A stretch of 63,014 bases of DNA, the filler included, from Pelomyxa schiedti (lineage: Eukaryota; Protista; Evosea), in the NCBI GenBank assembly GCA_020536535.1. It is 10 parts of 10 records of this genome, joined end to end, with 100 filler letters (N's around TTAATTAATTAA, not from the genome) between each part and the next. Parts side by side here need not be neighbours in the genome. Positions count along the whole stretch, not along the records: positions 31,778 to 54,543 come from JAHLWZ010000354.1; positions 54,644 to 61,495 come from JAHLWZ010000287.1; 8 more parts are not named here. One strand, given 5' to 3'. Shown here piece after piece: positions 44,852 through 57,394 of this stretch. Position 1 is the first letter of the stretch; each line of letters opens with the position of its first letter. The notes beneath the pieces are model-generated. The model worked only from the letters and a program-made list of their open reading frames with translations, had not been told where the DNA came from and ran no database searches. The translations under genes and the position numbers were made by a program.

Positions 44852-47800
44852 ATGGCTACGAGGGTACAGTTCCGGCCACTGCGTGGAGCATGTACAAGCA
44901 CAAGTACTGGCGACAGTGGTGGTGGTGCTACGACGTCAGGGGGAGGAATGTGCTACTTGCTGACGCTGGACGACTACAACATTCTGTTGGACTGTGGGTG
45001 GGACCACGGCTTCAAGGTTGAGGACTTGGCCGAGCTGGCAAAGTACGGTTTTCCTTTTGTGCGGTGCTGCGCTGTCACGTGACAAACGTGTTTTGGCTTT
45101 TCCTTTCAGGGTGGCGAGTAGCATTGATGCTGTGCTGATCACCCATTCTGATATTGAGCATATTGGGGCTCTGCCCTATGCAAGAGCGAAGCTCGGTCTC
45201 ACGGCGAAAGTATATTCGACTATTCCAGTGTATTCAATGTCTCAGATGTTCTTGTATGATGTTTATCAATCCGTGGTGGAAAGGTACATTCTACAAGAGA
45301 GGAGTTCAAGTTATAGCACCAACCATTAACTCTTTCAGGGAGGGTACATTCGCTCCTTTCACTTTGGATGATGTTGATGCTTGTTTCGAGCCAGCTATTT
45401 TCAAGAACTTAAAGTATTCTCAACACCTCCCACTCGAGGGTAAAATCACATATCCTACTCTGGAGATATTTACACAACACAGGAAAAGGCAGGGGCATTG
45501 AAATCACACCCTATGCAGCAGGCCACATGGTTGGTGGTGCTGTGTGGAAAATATCCAAAGAATCTGAGGATTTTGTTTACGCCGTTGATTATAACCACCG
45601 CAAAGAACAGTTTGAGATATATGCAAAGCCAGCAATTATTCAAAGAATTTAGGCACTTAAATGGGACTGTATTGGATATTTTGAAGCGCCCAGCTATCCT
45701 CATTACTGATGCCTATAATGCTTCCAATACACAAGCAACCCGGAGGAAACGGGATACAGAACTCGTTGGTAATACCCGCAATGGCAGTTTGTTTCCTGAC
45801 AACGTTGTAGTATCAATAACTGAAACACTGAAAAATGGTGGCAATGTCTTGTTACCAATTGACACTGCTGGCAGGTCCCTTGAACTAGCACTTTGTTTAG
45901 AGAAACACTGGGCGCACAACAGGTTTTCCGTTACTTTTCCCACTGTTTCACCCACGTGGTAAAAAGATTTGGCCATTTTGGTCTCGCTTTACTGAACTAT
46001 AAGAGCTTCTATACTCTCGAGTTTGCCAAAAGTCAGATAGAGTGGATGAGTGACTCGATTACGAAGTCCTTTGAGGCAAATCGAGACAATCCCGTAAATC
46101 CCTTTGCTTTTAGGTTTTTCCCTTTTGAGTATTATGTCGATAAACTTCTTTTATAGTTACCTGAAGCTAACTCAAAGTTTGAGTGAACTGTCTACTCTTC
46201 CAAGGCCAATGTGCGTTCTAGCTAGCCAGCCAACTCTCACGTCCGGTTGGCACCCAAGACCTTTTTTTTTACTGATTCTTTGGAAAGGGTTCGCACAAGA
46301 TCTATTTATTGATTGGGCCCCAAATCCCAAGAACCTTATTATTTTTTCAGATCGGTCTTCACCCGGAACTTTAGCACGATTCCTAGTAGAGTCGTCGCCA
46401 CCACCCCAGGAAGTTACCTTAAATGTGGTTCCCTTCCTAAAGAGATTGAACATTCACCAACATTTCAGGTGAGTAGGATGGTGGATCTCGAAGGAGAAGA
46501 ACTTTCTGAGTACCTGTCGAAAAACCCCCCTCCACCTCCTCCTGCACCAGTTAAAACGTTTGTTGGGGGTTATGTTTCATTTCTATACACTAATATTCTA
46601 ATAGCGAAAGTACAGCAACATCTGAAACTCAAGGAAACCCACAAGTTGCATCTCCTTTTTCTAAAAGTTACGATATGACACCAACTATGTTTAGCCAAAT
46701 GGGCATGAAAGTGCATTACACTCATACACGTTTCATGTCTAAGATTTACTCCACAGACGTCAACATTTCCTTTTGTCGAGCCTGCTCTCACTTTTGACGA
46801 ATACGGTTTGGTTATTAACCCCGACGAGATACTACCCAAATCGATTCCCCTGAAACCAGAAGTTGCCTAAAAACAGCTTAGTTTGTAATCTAACATTGCT
46901 TTTCACAGAGAAAGCCTTCTCCAGAACCGCAACCGCCTCCACCTCCCCCAAATCCAAAGAAACGTGTTACAAATACTCGCAGAGTTTGTTTTCCCTGCTC
47001 TCTACCTTCTTTCCAACGAAACGTAGATCCCAGTCAACTGCAGAATCCTTTATCTCGATTTTGAGGGCCGTGTCGATGGGAAGTCCATTCGGTCCATTCT
47101 TACTCACGTTTCTCCCAGAAGAATAATATTTGTGAGAGGCTCACACCCTTCGCTCGGGCAGCTCACAAACTGGTAAACTTCAACTTCTGGGAAATTATAA
47201 CCTCAAAAAGGTGTGAGACGTACTTAAAATCTGTATGTAAAAGTGTGCATTCACCGGCCATTGGAGAGTGTGTTGATATTACTGAAGATACTACTGTGTA
47301 TAAGGTAGAGTCTACTTTCATCCAGGAGCTTATAGTTACATTTTACTCAAAGAATTAAGATTTCCCTGAAAGACTCTCTGCTCTCTGAGATAGACTTCTC
47401 AAAGGTTTCAACTCATCAATTAGTTTCCCGTCACGAACTAGATTCTAGGTTGGCGACTGCGAGGTAGGCTACGTGCAAGGCCAGATTGTACCGGTTGCCG
47501 GCACTGCTACGCTTGCACCGCTATATTACGATCCACTTCCCAACTACAGTTATGACACTGCGGAACAGGAGGAGGCACCGGCGACAGATGCTCCCCCGGA
47601 CTCACACAAACTTGTGGAAACCCTTCCAGGGAGGAACACGTGTCCTCCTGAGGGACACCAAATGGTGTTTGTAGGCGATGTGAGGCTGAGCGAGTTTTGT
47701 GAAGTCCTTTCACGCACCGGTGTTCAGGTACACAAAAAACACACCCATCCAAACAATCACTGATACCCATACAGGTACTCATCGACCACGGAATCCTCCT

Positions 47801-47975
47801 TTGTTGTGGGGGAAAGGTGTCCCTTCAAAAGGTAATCAATCACCCCATACCCACCTCCTCACAATCACACCAGGTTGATGTTGACGGCAACAGCCAAGTT
47901 ATCATCAATGGCAACCTGTGCCCAGAGTACTTCAAAATACGTGACCTCCTCTACACCCAGTACACCAAGCTGTAG
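44852..47975 (+). CDS. CPSF2: Cleavage and polyadenylation specificity factor subunit 2 (CPSF100)
   Basis: ILLDCGWD; [14 protein letters not shown]; [12 protein letters not shown]; [10 protein letters not shown]; [13 protein letters not shown]; DFEGRVDG; [12 protein letters not shown]. Confidence 0.95.
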
Positions 47976-48080
47976 AGCACCTCCAATTGTTTTAAAAAAT
48001 AAACCTCGCCATTTTGTCCAACGCGAACAAGGGTGCCAAGGGAGTGACCATGCTCTGAAATCACCACAACAAAACAAAGG

Positions 48081-51000
48081 ATGAAGACGCCGCTTGTAGC
48101 GGCAGTGAGTGCGCGGCGCATGGCGCTGCCCCTGGGCCTGATACTGGTCACCGAAGACGACGAGTGGGGGGGCGATGGCGACGCCGTCGGTGCCCCGGGC
48201 GCAACCACCGCCACGACCACGACCACAAGCAGCAGCAGCAGGAGTAGCGTGGGGGGCGTCAGCGACAATGCTGCCGGTGGGGGTGGTATAAGAGGGACCC
48301 ACGACGACAATATTGATGTAGATGTAGATGTGAACGGGAGCGGCGGCAACGGGGCTACGGGCAGGGGGGGCGAGCCCCAACGAGTACGCCAGAAGCAGGA
48401 GGACGCAACCACTTCACCGTCGTCGGCATCGGCATCGTCGCAATCAGGAGCTGGGGGGAACGTAACAGGACCCCCGCAACCGCAACCGCAACCGCAACCG
48501 CAACCACTGATTGTGGGAGGGAACAAGGCCAACTCAATCACCGCTGAAATTGTAATCAACATCACAACTGCTGCTAGTGCTAGTACTAGTAGCGGAAGCT
48601 GTCAATTGATCCAGTTGAATGAATTGAACTCTTTGAGTGCTCTGGATATAGACAAAAATGTACAAACTCAAATGCAGGTGCCCAGAGCAGAGCCTGACCT
48701 TAAACTTGGTGGTATAACTGGCGGTCATACAGGAAACCACGTGGATGTGGATTTGTCTGGAAATGCCAATTTGACTCACTCTACTTCTGAAACTCCTCCC
48801 TGCAGCTCTACAGCGCCTCAGGGTGGCAGTGTTAAAGCTGACAGTGCTTCTGTTGGTTGTACTCATAGTCTTCCTGATGATGTGTCGCTCTCTGAGGAAC
48901 AACAAAGAACTCTTAGCCTTGTGTTGCGAGGAGAAAACGTATTCTTCACAGGTCGGAGAAGTTTGCTATCATCTTCCCCATTGAAGAGTTTGGCCAGGAT
49001 GTGCAGGAACAGGCAAGTCTGTTATGATCAGGGTCATAATTAGAGAGTTGCATAAACTGGGAAAAATAGTTGGAGTCACTGCACTCACAGGTACAAAAAC
49101 CCGTTCATACTTTACACCAACAAATAAAAAAAAAGGAATTGCCGCTGTGCAGATTGGTGGTATTACTCTGCACAGATGGGCTGGCATCAAGGTGAAACTT
49201 CTTCTGCGGCAATATCCTAACAGTCATCTAGTTGGCCCGGAATGCCACTGATCTGGAATGTGCTTGGAGTCAAAAAATTGTATGGCGGGACACTGATGCT
49301 CTCGTAATTGATGAAGTGAGTGAGAGACTTCAATAGTTGCATAACACTTTGAAAGATATCTATGATGCCTGCTTCACTGTTCCATCATTTGGATGTAATG
49401 GGGAGGCAAATAAGAGGAAACTGTGATTTGCCTTTTGGTGGATTACAATTGATACTTTCTGGAGATTTTTATCAACTCCCGCCTGTTTTCCAGTATAAAA
49501 CCTCCCTTTCTTTTTTCCACTCTGAGGACTCTTAAGATCTCTTCACCAAATGCCATCACGTATACCACCAAGTCACCCAAGTGAATCCAGCAAAACCTCG
49601 TTTGAAAGCGATATTTCAGGAAACACCAAGGGTGGAATCAAACGCAAAAGGAGGCCAGTAGATGAATACTTTGAGAAAGTCGAAACATTCTACCGCAACA
49701 AGTTGTGTTTTCAAGCCATTACATGGCAAGAGAGCGTTTCAAATGTCATTGAGTTGACAAAAGTATTCCGACAGAAGTACTTCTCTGCCCTGGTCCAACG
49801 GAGAATAACATCTGACATTAGGGATAAAGACTTTGTACAAGTCCTGTCAGAGATAAGACGCGGTTCCCCTACATCTCAGTCTATTGCTACTTTGCAATCG
49901 CGAGTGGGTGCTTCCACTGATCCTGATATACTTCACTTGTTTGCAGTGAATAGTTGCGTAGACTCTTGGAACGCTGCAAAGCTTCAACGACTCAGTGGTA
50001 TTATTGTAATTTTCCCCAGGTTTGATTACAACGGCATTCTCTTTAGGTCCATTATATTCCTATCACAATGTAAAGTATACAAGCAATAATGACCGGTAAA
50101 AATTCGTATCCTTTTTCTTTATGAGTGAGGGACACTTAGCCGTTTACTGCGACTTCTTGACTCTCTCCTTGCTAATGCGGAGCTTAACCTCAAGATTGGG
50201 GCTAGAGTATGTAATCTGTTATATCTCTTTTTTCTTTGTAACACGACCAAGGTTGTACTATTGAAGAATATTGACGGCCAGCTTGTAAATGGTAGCCAAG
50301 GTACCGTTGTTGCTGCACTGGATCAAACAGATCCAAGATGCGAGAAACCGCCATTGTCCTGCCCAGCACAGGTAGTATCGCGTCATACTATCCACTAATA
50401 CAACTAAAACTGCATAGGCATGGTATGATGCCAACCGAGAGGCCAAGATCCCTGTTGTAAAGTTCGATGGTAAATCTTCTGTTACTGATCTTTTCATCAT
50501 CATAACTTTCACAAGGATGTAGCAGAGAAATATGCGTACTCCCAACAGAATGGTCAGTTGAGATCAGCGTTTCTCGCTTTGGCAAGTAGAATTTGAGTAT
50601 CAACCCCTTGACCATCCTCAGACGAAGTCGAGGAAGAAACTGCTACCCTGGAACAAATTCCCCTGAAGCTGGCATGGGCATTATCCATTCATAAAAGTCA
50701 AGGAATGACATTAGAAAATGGTAAATTCTGACATTCTCTAGTCAACATTAACACCTCTCTTAGTGGAAGTTTCTCTTGCCGAGGTAACTCGAAGGTAACA
50801 AATGAAGAGTTCACCACTTCAGATATTTACAGCGGGTCAGGCCTATGTTGCCCTGTCCCGTGTTACGTCACTCTCAGGCCTGCACATAAAATCCAGCTTC
50901 TCTCCAAATGTGCTCCGTGGGTGCGATAGGAGAGTACAAAATTTTTATTCCCAACTACAAGGTATTCTGAATCATTCATTCGGCAATATACTCATTTATT

Positions 51001-51537
51001 CCCGGTATTACAGGCAGTACAGCAGCCCAGACTCTTCCCGAAGTGGACAACGAAATTGCCGAATGGTTATCTTCTGTTTCCGATGAGGCCTACTCCTCTC
51101 AAGTCTCAGGAGCACTTTCTAGTAGCACCTCTGGTTTCTCAGTAACCCAACAGCACCAGCGAGATCCAGTCCAAGCAATTCCTATTCCATCAGCACCACT
51201 TCCTGAAGACTCCATAACAACTACAGAGACTTCCACTCACAATACTACGCAACAAGTACATTCCGGAACCGAACCGGCATTGCACCCTTCACCTTCCCAA
51301 TCAATTCTCAACACAGTCCTCCCAGTCCCACTCACCTCAACAACCACTTCCCCAACCCCAAATAGAAACACCCTGCACCATTCTGCTAAGCAACAACAAG
51401 TCGTCCAGGTGCTTAGCTCCGATGATGAGGATGGCACTGTGTCAAGGAAGAGGAGCAAAACAGCACTGCAAGAAGAGTCTCCAACAGGAGGAACCAAGAA
51501 AAGGAGAACAGCACAAACAAACAACAACAGCCAATAG
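48081..51537 (+). CDS. PIF1: Pif1-family 5'-3' DNA helicase
   Basis: NVFFTG|CAGTGKS; GIAAVQIGGITLHRWAG; VIDEISM; PFGGLQLILSGDFYQLPP; QIPLKLAWALSIHKSQGMT; GQAYVALSRV. Confidence 0.95.
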
Positions 51538-51852
51538 AATGCTTGTGGTAGTTGTTTTTCCATCATTTTTGATTCGGCAATGTGATTAGATGTTTGAGGG
51601 TGACAGTGCCGGTACTATCTTTCCCAGGAGTGCACCCTAAAGTCAAAGTGTTCCCACCCTCCAGTAAATGGGTCCACTTTGGGAGAAAAGCCCCACAGTG
51701 GTTACGCTTTGAGCAATTTGGAGAGCCACAGATCGGGATCACCCTGTTCCAANNNNNNNNNNNNNNNNNNNNNNNNNNNNNNNNNNNNNNNNNNNNNNNN
51801 NNNNNNNNNNNNNNNNNNNNNNNNNNNNNNNNNNNNNNNNNNNNNNNNNNNN

Positions 51853-52638
51853 CGTTCAAAAGTTCCCTCGATCCGAGTGTCAACTTGATCCTCTCCACGC
51901 CAACGCTTGCTTGTGTGGCCACCCTCCGGCGAAGTTCGCCAACGTCGTCCATCCCGTTGATGCTTTGTGAGAAGCACTTCCCGGTTGTCAGTTTCACCAT
52001 CACTTCGATGTCTGGAACCTGGTGGTGTCATCATGGTGTTATTTAATGAATGAATGAATGAATGAATTGCCGGCGGGGAAAAAAGGAAATGTGAGAGGGA
52101 GGGAGAGAGAGGGAGAGAGGCGCACCTTGACAGGTTCACCAAGTTTCACAGTGACACTGCTTTCGTTCGAGAGGCCCGCTGCAGTGATGGGAACTGTGTT
52201 GTCCTCGAGTGGTTTGTTCCTCGCGAGCAGGATTGCCCTGTTCAAGGGAACTGATGCTGCCTCCGCAGCCCTTCTCCTCAGTCCTCCAACACTCTCGGTT
52301 GATGGAACATTGATCGAAACAACTTTTCCTGTTGTTGTTGTTGTTGTTGTGAGAGTGTGCAAAACACAAAGGTACAAAGGGCATCAAGACTCCCACAAAA
52401 TTAATTAATTAACATGCATAAGATAACACACAATGACACAGCACAGTCAACACACATACGCACCCGAGGGAGTCTTGACAATTATACTCAGCACGGTCCC
52501 TGTCCCCGTCGTCCCCGTCCCTCCTCCGCACGAAGATGAAGACGTGACCGCCGATGAACTTGTCATTGTGGGTGGCGGCGCGGCTGCTGACGACGAGGAG
52601 GAGGGTTCTGAGGTGTCAACATCTTCGTGGGACGACAT
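51853..52638 (-). CDS. Paralogue of the Ubl-Ubl 5' half of the fusion gene (partial; 3' end lost in gap)
   Basis: 51853-52370 is nearly identical to 36562-37072, but exon 1 differs (MSSHEDVDTSEP...IIVKTPS). Confidence 0.8.
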
Positions 52639-54128
52639 TCGGTCAATGTCGTTTCTTTGTTCGTTGTCGGTTGAAAGTGTGTGCGGTTGCTCCCATCAGT
52701 TCAGTTGCTTCCTTCGAAGTTCTGCTGGGTTGATTGCAATTCTACCGGGACTTGGCTGAATAAAAAAAACACCAGACCGCCGAAACTGAGCTACGAGTTG
52801 AAACGCGTTTCCTCAACTTCCAAGAAACAACACACACGGTGATGGAACTGGCGAGGCTACAAACGTAAGTTTTGAAAAGAAACTTTTGATCAAAAATCCT
52901 GCACAGTCCTATTCACACCCCGATGATCAGGTGTCGTCACTATACAGCCATGAAGTAGACACCAACAACAAAGTATTTATTTATTTTAATTGATAATAAT
53001 TGATTGAGGAGTTTGTGGTGAAAGTGGTGTGGGCTTATACGCCCTGTCTCCCATGAATTCCAAGTATTCAGTGGATGCGCAGCACAGCATCGTGTGCCAT
53101 TGAATTCCCAGAAGTTGTACGACTGACTCTGTGATTCCCTTTTTCGGGAAGTCATCACTTTCACACAGGGCAAGGGCCGCTCACGCATCGACGTGGAGGA
53201 GTTGGGCACAGCAAACGAGAGTGATACGGACTACGACGAGGACCACGGCGACGTTGTAGAGGCTGGCACCGAGGGCGAGGCGGGGGAAGGCAGGGGCGCG
53301 GGCACGGGCCGGAGACTGTGTGGCAGCCTGTGTGGGGGCGGGGGTGGGTGGAGAAGTCGCTGGTGTGTGTGGTGTGTGTGGGTAGAGGCACGCCAGGCAG
53401 GAAGGGACTACAGGTGAACGTGGAAGGAACAGGTCCCCAGTACCTTAATGTGAGGCCACATAGTAATGGCACAAATATCTGGAACCGACCCAATGCAAAA
53501 CCACGAGAAAAATGGATCTTTGCTGTTAAACAACTGCCATGAGAATAGTTAAAACAATTGAGAACGAGTCCAACTTTTTACGTGAGCAGGATTGAGACAA
53601 GGCAAACTGGGGTTTCCAAAGTGCCGTGAGGTGTTGAATCTCGTGTGTTGTGTTCCTTTTGGTCGCGGAAAAGGGAGGGAACACAATTGGGGTGCTCTAT
53701 GGACTAGCTGCCTCCCGAGAACGCGCTCCCACTGGTTTTTTTTTGTTAATATGAACCTATTAATGAAAGAATGTTGCCTTTTTTTTTTTAGTTTCAAAGC
53801 TGTGTGGTGGATAACACAGTTGTGAGGATAAAAATTGGGATGGGCCAGAGTGTGGCCAAACATCCACGAGGCACTGGAGTTAGTTTGCAATCAGCAAAAA
53901 ATCTACGCCATCCCTTACGGTCATCAGCTGTAGCAACACCCCAAGCGCAAGGCGATCCTTCCTTCACCCGTGTGACTCGCTTTTTGTTGCCGTTCTCCTT
54001 TCCTTAAAATTGTGGGTTCCTGGAAGAATTTTCCGTTCCCAGTCATCAGACGAACTGCAGTGTATGGCAACCACAAAGTTGAACGATAACACGGTGGGAG
54101 GTGGCGGAGACCCGAAACAACGCAGCGA

Positions 54129-54423
54129 ATGGCGGCCAACAAGAACAATAACACGGTGGGAGGTGGTGGAGACCCGTTCGATGGGGGACTGACATGCAGC
54201 GTGTGCATTGGGCTGGTGACGAACCCCGTGACGCTGCCGTGGTGCACCCACACCGTGTGCCGCCTGTGCGCGGGGCCCCTCCTGGGCCTCCTCCCACTCA
54301 CTGTGGGCACTGCCCCTCCCACCGCCCCCGCCCCGCAGCTGCCCGGATGCACCTCCTCCTCCTCCTCCTCCTCCTCCTCCTCCTCCTCCTCTTCCTCTTT
54401 GGGGTCCAGCAGCCCAACCATGG
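54129..54423 (+). pseudogene. RING-finger (C3HC4) gene start interrupted by a transposon end
   Basis: CSVCIGLVTNPVTLPWCTHTVCRLC, then a (TCC)n run and the repeat at 54424. Confidence 0.6.
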
Positions 54424-54543
54424 TTGGGACTGCCCAAGTGTGCACACTTTTTATCGGGTTTATTAGTTTTCTCAGTCCAGAGACGAGGAACTGAGACGGA
54501 AAAAAAAGGCGTTTTCTACAAGACCATCGGCCACGGGGTGCAA
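54424..54543 (+). mobile_element. Terminal segment of the DNA transposon-like repeat, copy 2
   Basis: Identical in reverse complement to 25914-26030. Confidence 0.8.
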
Positions 54544-54786
54544 NNNNNNNNNNNNNNNNNNNNNNNNNNNNNNNNNNNNNNNNNNNNTTAATTAATTAAN
54601 NNNNNNNNNNNNNNNNNNNNNNNNNNNNNNNNNNNNNNNNNNNCAGGAGAGGGACCCCTTCTTCTTTGTCAATGTGGAACAACTGGCTGCAAAAACCAGG
54701 GAACTGGTGGGTGCTAAAAAAGCCCCCCTCCTGTACTAATAAAACATTGTTTGCTCAATTTTCATTTGGTGACTCTTGTATTGATT

Positions 54787-57083
54787 TCACCAAATGAAAT
54801 ACATCAACAAAAACAACATGAAACATTGGTTTGGTGTGGAACGAGTTGTGGAACTTGGAGTGGTAGTAGAAGTTGAACTTGATTCTGAGGAAGATATTTC
54901 TACCAAATCCACTATCACCAGAGAATCAGAATCCACATTCTGGGTAACCTTTTGGGTATGATTACTTCCAAAGTCAGTCCTCTTTGCTAACAAGTTCCTT
55001 GGTATAGCAGACTGTTTTCATCTGCAACCAGGTTCTCCATTGACAGTATGATTTCTTCCGTGGAGTAATCCCCCTGGCATAGAACAGTATAATTCACTTG
55101 GACTTCAGTAAGTATCACAGTTATGTCCCTGTCCACCACTACGTTGCATGAAGAATTCAATTGAAGTGCGATGGAGTTCACGTAAACACTGTCTGAGCTA
55201 ATTACTAAAGCAACTGCATATCCTGGGAAAACTGAGCTCCAAATGTAGATGGAAGAGTTGCTTTACACTCTGTTTAATGCCGGTATGAATTTGTATTACT
55301 TCGGGAGGGAAAACTATTCACCTGAATAGGCCAGTTGCAGCCCAAAAGTAACTTTCGGTTCCTCTGAGTTCCTCTTAGTTAAATCGAGGGAGAATTAAGA
55401 GACCTGGCTCCACGCTGTCACATATGTCGGACCAAAGTAATGCATCAGAACTAGGGAAGCATCCTCTTGTGCAATCGCGAGAAGGCGGGGGAATGCCGGG
55501 CCCATAGCATACTGAGTCTATGTAACATGATCCGGCGCTCACACAAGAACATAATGTTGGGGGTTTTGAAACAGGATCTTCACACCCACAATTGGGAGGT
55601 GCAGCTCCACAATCTACGCAAGAATCGGTAAAAAGAACTGTTTTGGTGTTGGAAACATGGAAAACAGATTTAAGAAAGGTAACCAGAAGTAAAGACCAGT
55701 GAAGGCGCTTGTATCACCATACACATATGTATCGTCTAGATTTCTTTGGGGTACAGTTAAGTGTCATAGATATGGAAATAAGGTTGTATGCTCACAGTAT
55801 TTTAAGGTCTGGTAAGGTTGAAATGCATGTGGGTATTTGTCCTGTCACACGCGTGTTATATAAGAACCTAAAAACTCTCAACTTGATAAATTTGAGAGCT
55901 AAAAAAATACAGGGTTTTCAGTGCCTGTAGTGAACAAAAAGAAGTCGGAATGTCACCAGTAAAATAATTCGATATTAACAATTCTTAGTGATTGAGGTAC
56001 AGTTCAGTCAAAGAACTAAGATTGATAACCCAGGAAGGTATTGACCCTGTGAAGTTGTTGTCGACTAAATTTCTAAAACGGATTTAGAAGCCTAAGGCTA
56101 CAACTGAGATGCGTACAAATTTGAAAGGAGAGTTGCACTTCCCAGCGAATATGGGAGTGATCCAGAAAACTCATTGCGCATCAGGATCCTAAATAACCAT
56201 GTTCAGTACAACAAAAACAATTTATGAATACGCACAATGAATTGAGATTGCCAATGCTCGAAAGATCTGGTATGGTTCCAGTAAATTGGTTGTGTACGAA
56301 AAGACTAGTCCATTGTGAGCCACATTTCAGATAGGGCAACTCCGTACATGTAACTAATTGTAGAAATATCCACAAGGTAGTCAAGAATAGGACCTTGGAA
56401 GGGAACGTCAATGATATTTCTAGGGAGTATGTGTAAGGATATCAAGTCTTTTAGGGTGTGCATGGTTTGCAGGTTCACAAGATGTGACAGTTGGGGGGAA
56501 ATTGTCCCTTCCAGTAAGCTGGAGGACAATAAACTGGAGAAAAAGTGTGAAGGGGTAGAAAAAAAAAAAGCAGTCATACAGCGCTTCCAGCGTTGTGAGA
56601 TTATAGAATGCAGGGGGTAGTGTTCCAGAAATGTTGGAGACAGAAATTGACCTGAATAGAGATGTGAGAGTTTCTAACTTGCAACAAACAAACAGATAAG
56701 TTATATGCCCAAAAGCTGATATGCACGATGGTAAAGTTCCCTGCATTGGTTCTTTATAGAAACTCCTTTTTTTTTTTGGAATTAATTCTATCTGAAATGA
56801 CTCAAAAAAAGGTTGTCACGAACAATTCTTTCAGGTGGCCGTCGCCCCAACAAACAACACGGTTCAGTGCCACCTCACACGGGGTCGAAAATGTGCATGG
56901 GTCACCGGTGGTCCATGACGTCACGCCCATGTTCTTGAACTCGCACAGGCAATCGGCCTCCAGTTGCAGCGACGAGTCGGCCATCGCAACACCACCGCCA
57001 CCCACAATGGCGCCAATGCAACAACACCACAGTGCAAAGGAACCCAGCTTAGTCCCGTGTGCCGACAGCTGTTTGCGACCCAT
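54787..57083 (-). CDS. Secreted/surface plant-type LRR protein with Cys-rich region, S/T stalk and hydrophobic (GPI-like) tail
   Basis: Signal peptide; LRRs NISGTLP, LEGTISP, NQFTGTIP, NEFSGSLP; SSSTSTTTPSSTT then CFMLFLLMYFIW*. Last junction unresolved. Confidence 0.75.
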
Positions 57084-57394
57084 CAAATTTTTGTTGTTTC
57101 TTCCGTTTGAGCGAACAGGCGTTCTCGCGTGCCGTAAACAGAAATTACGCGCAGAGCCGTGAGTGCCTCATCGTCTTTCGGCAAAAACCATTTATTTAAA
57201 TAAATGAAGCAATCAAAGGGACAACCAGCACAATCCTGACTTCCACTAGAGTCCAGAGTTGCGCACGCAGCTTGTTTTGCTCCAGGATACAACTTCATCA
57301 TACACCGAGGAGCTTTCCCCTCTGGCCAGTTCTGTTTCCAGAAGGGAGAGTCAGGCCTTCAGCAGATCTACTCGGCCGACAGACGCAAGAGACG

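Noticed and set aside
52920-53540. Acidic ORF resembling a transposase N-terminus
   Set aside because: Frames are broken and no catalytic motif is visible.
54087-54176. 29-bp direct repeat around the RING gene start
   Set aside because: A simple local duplication; two units only.
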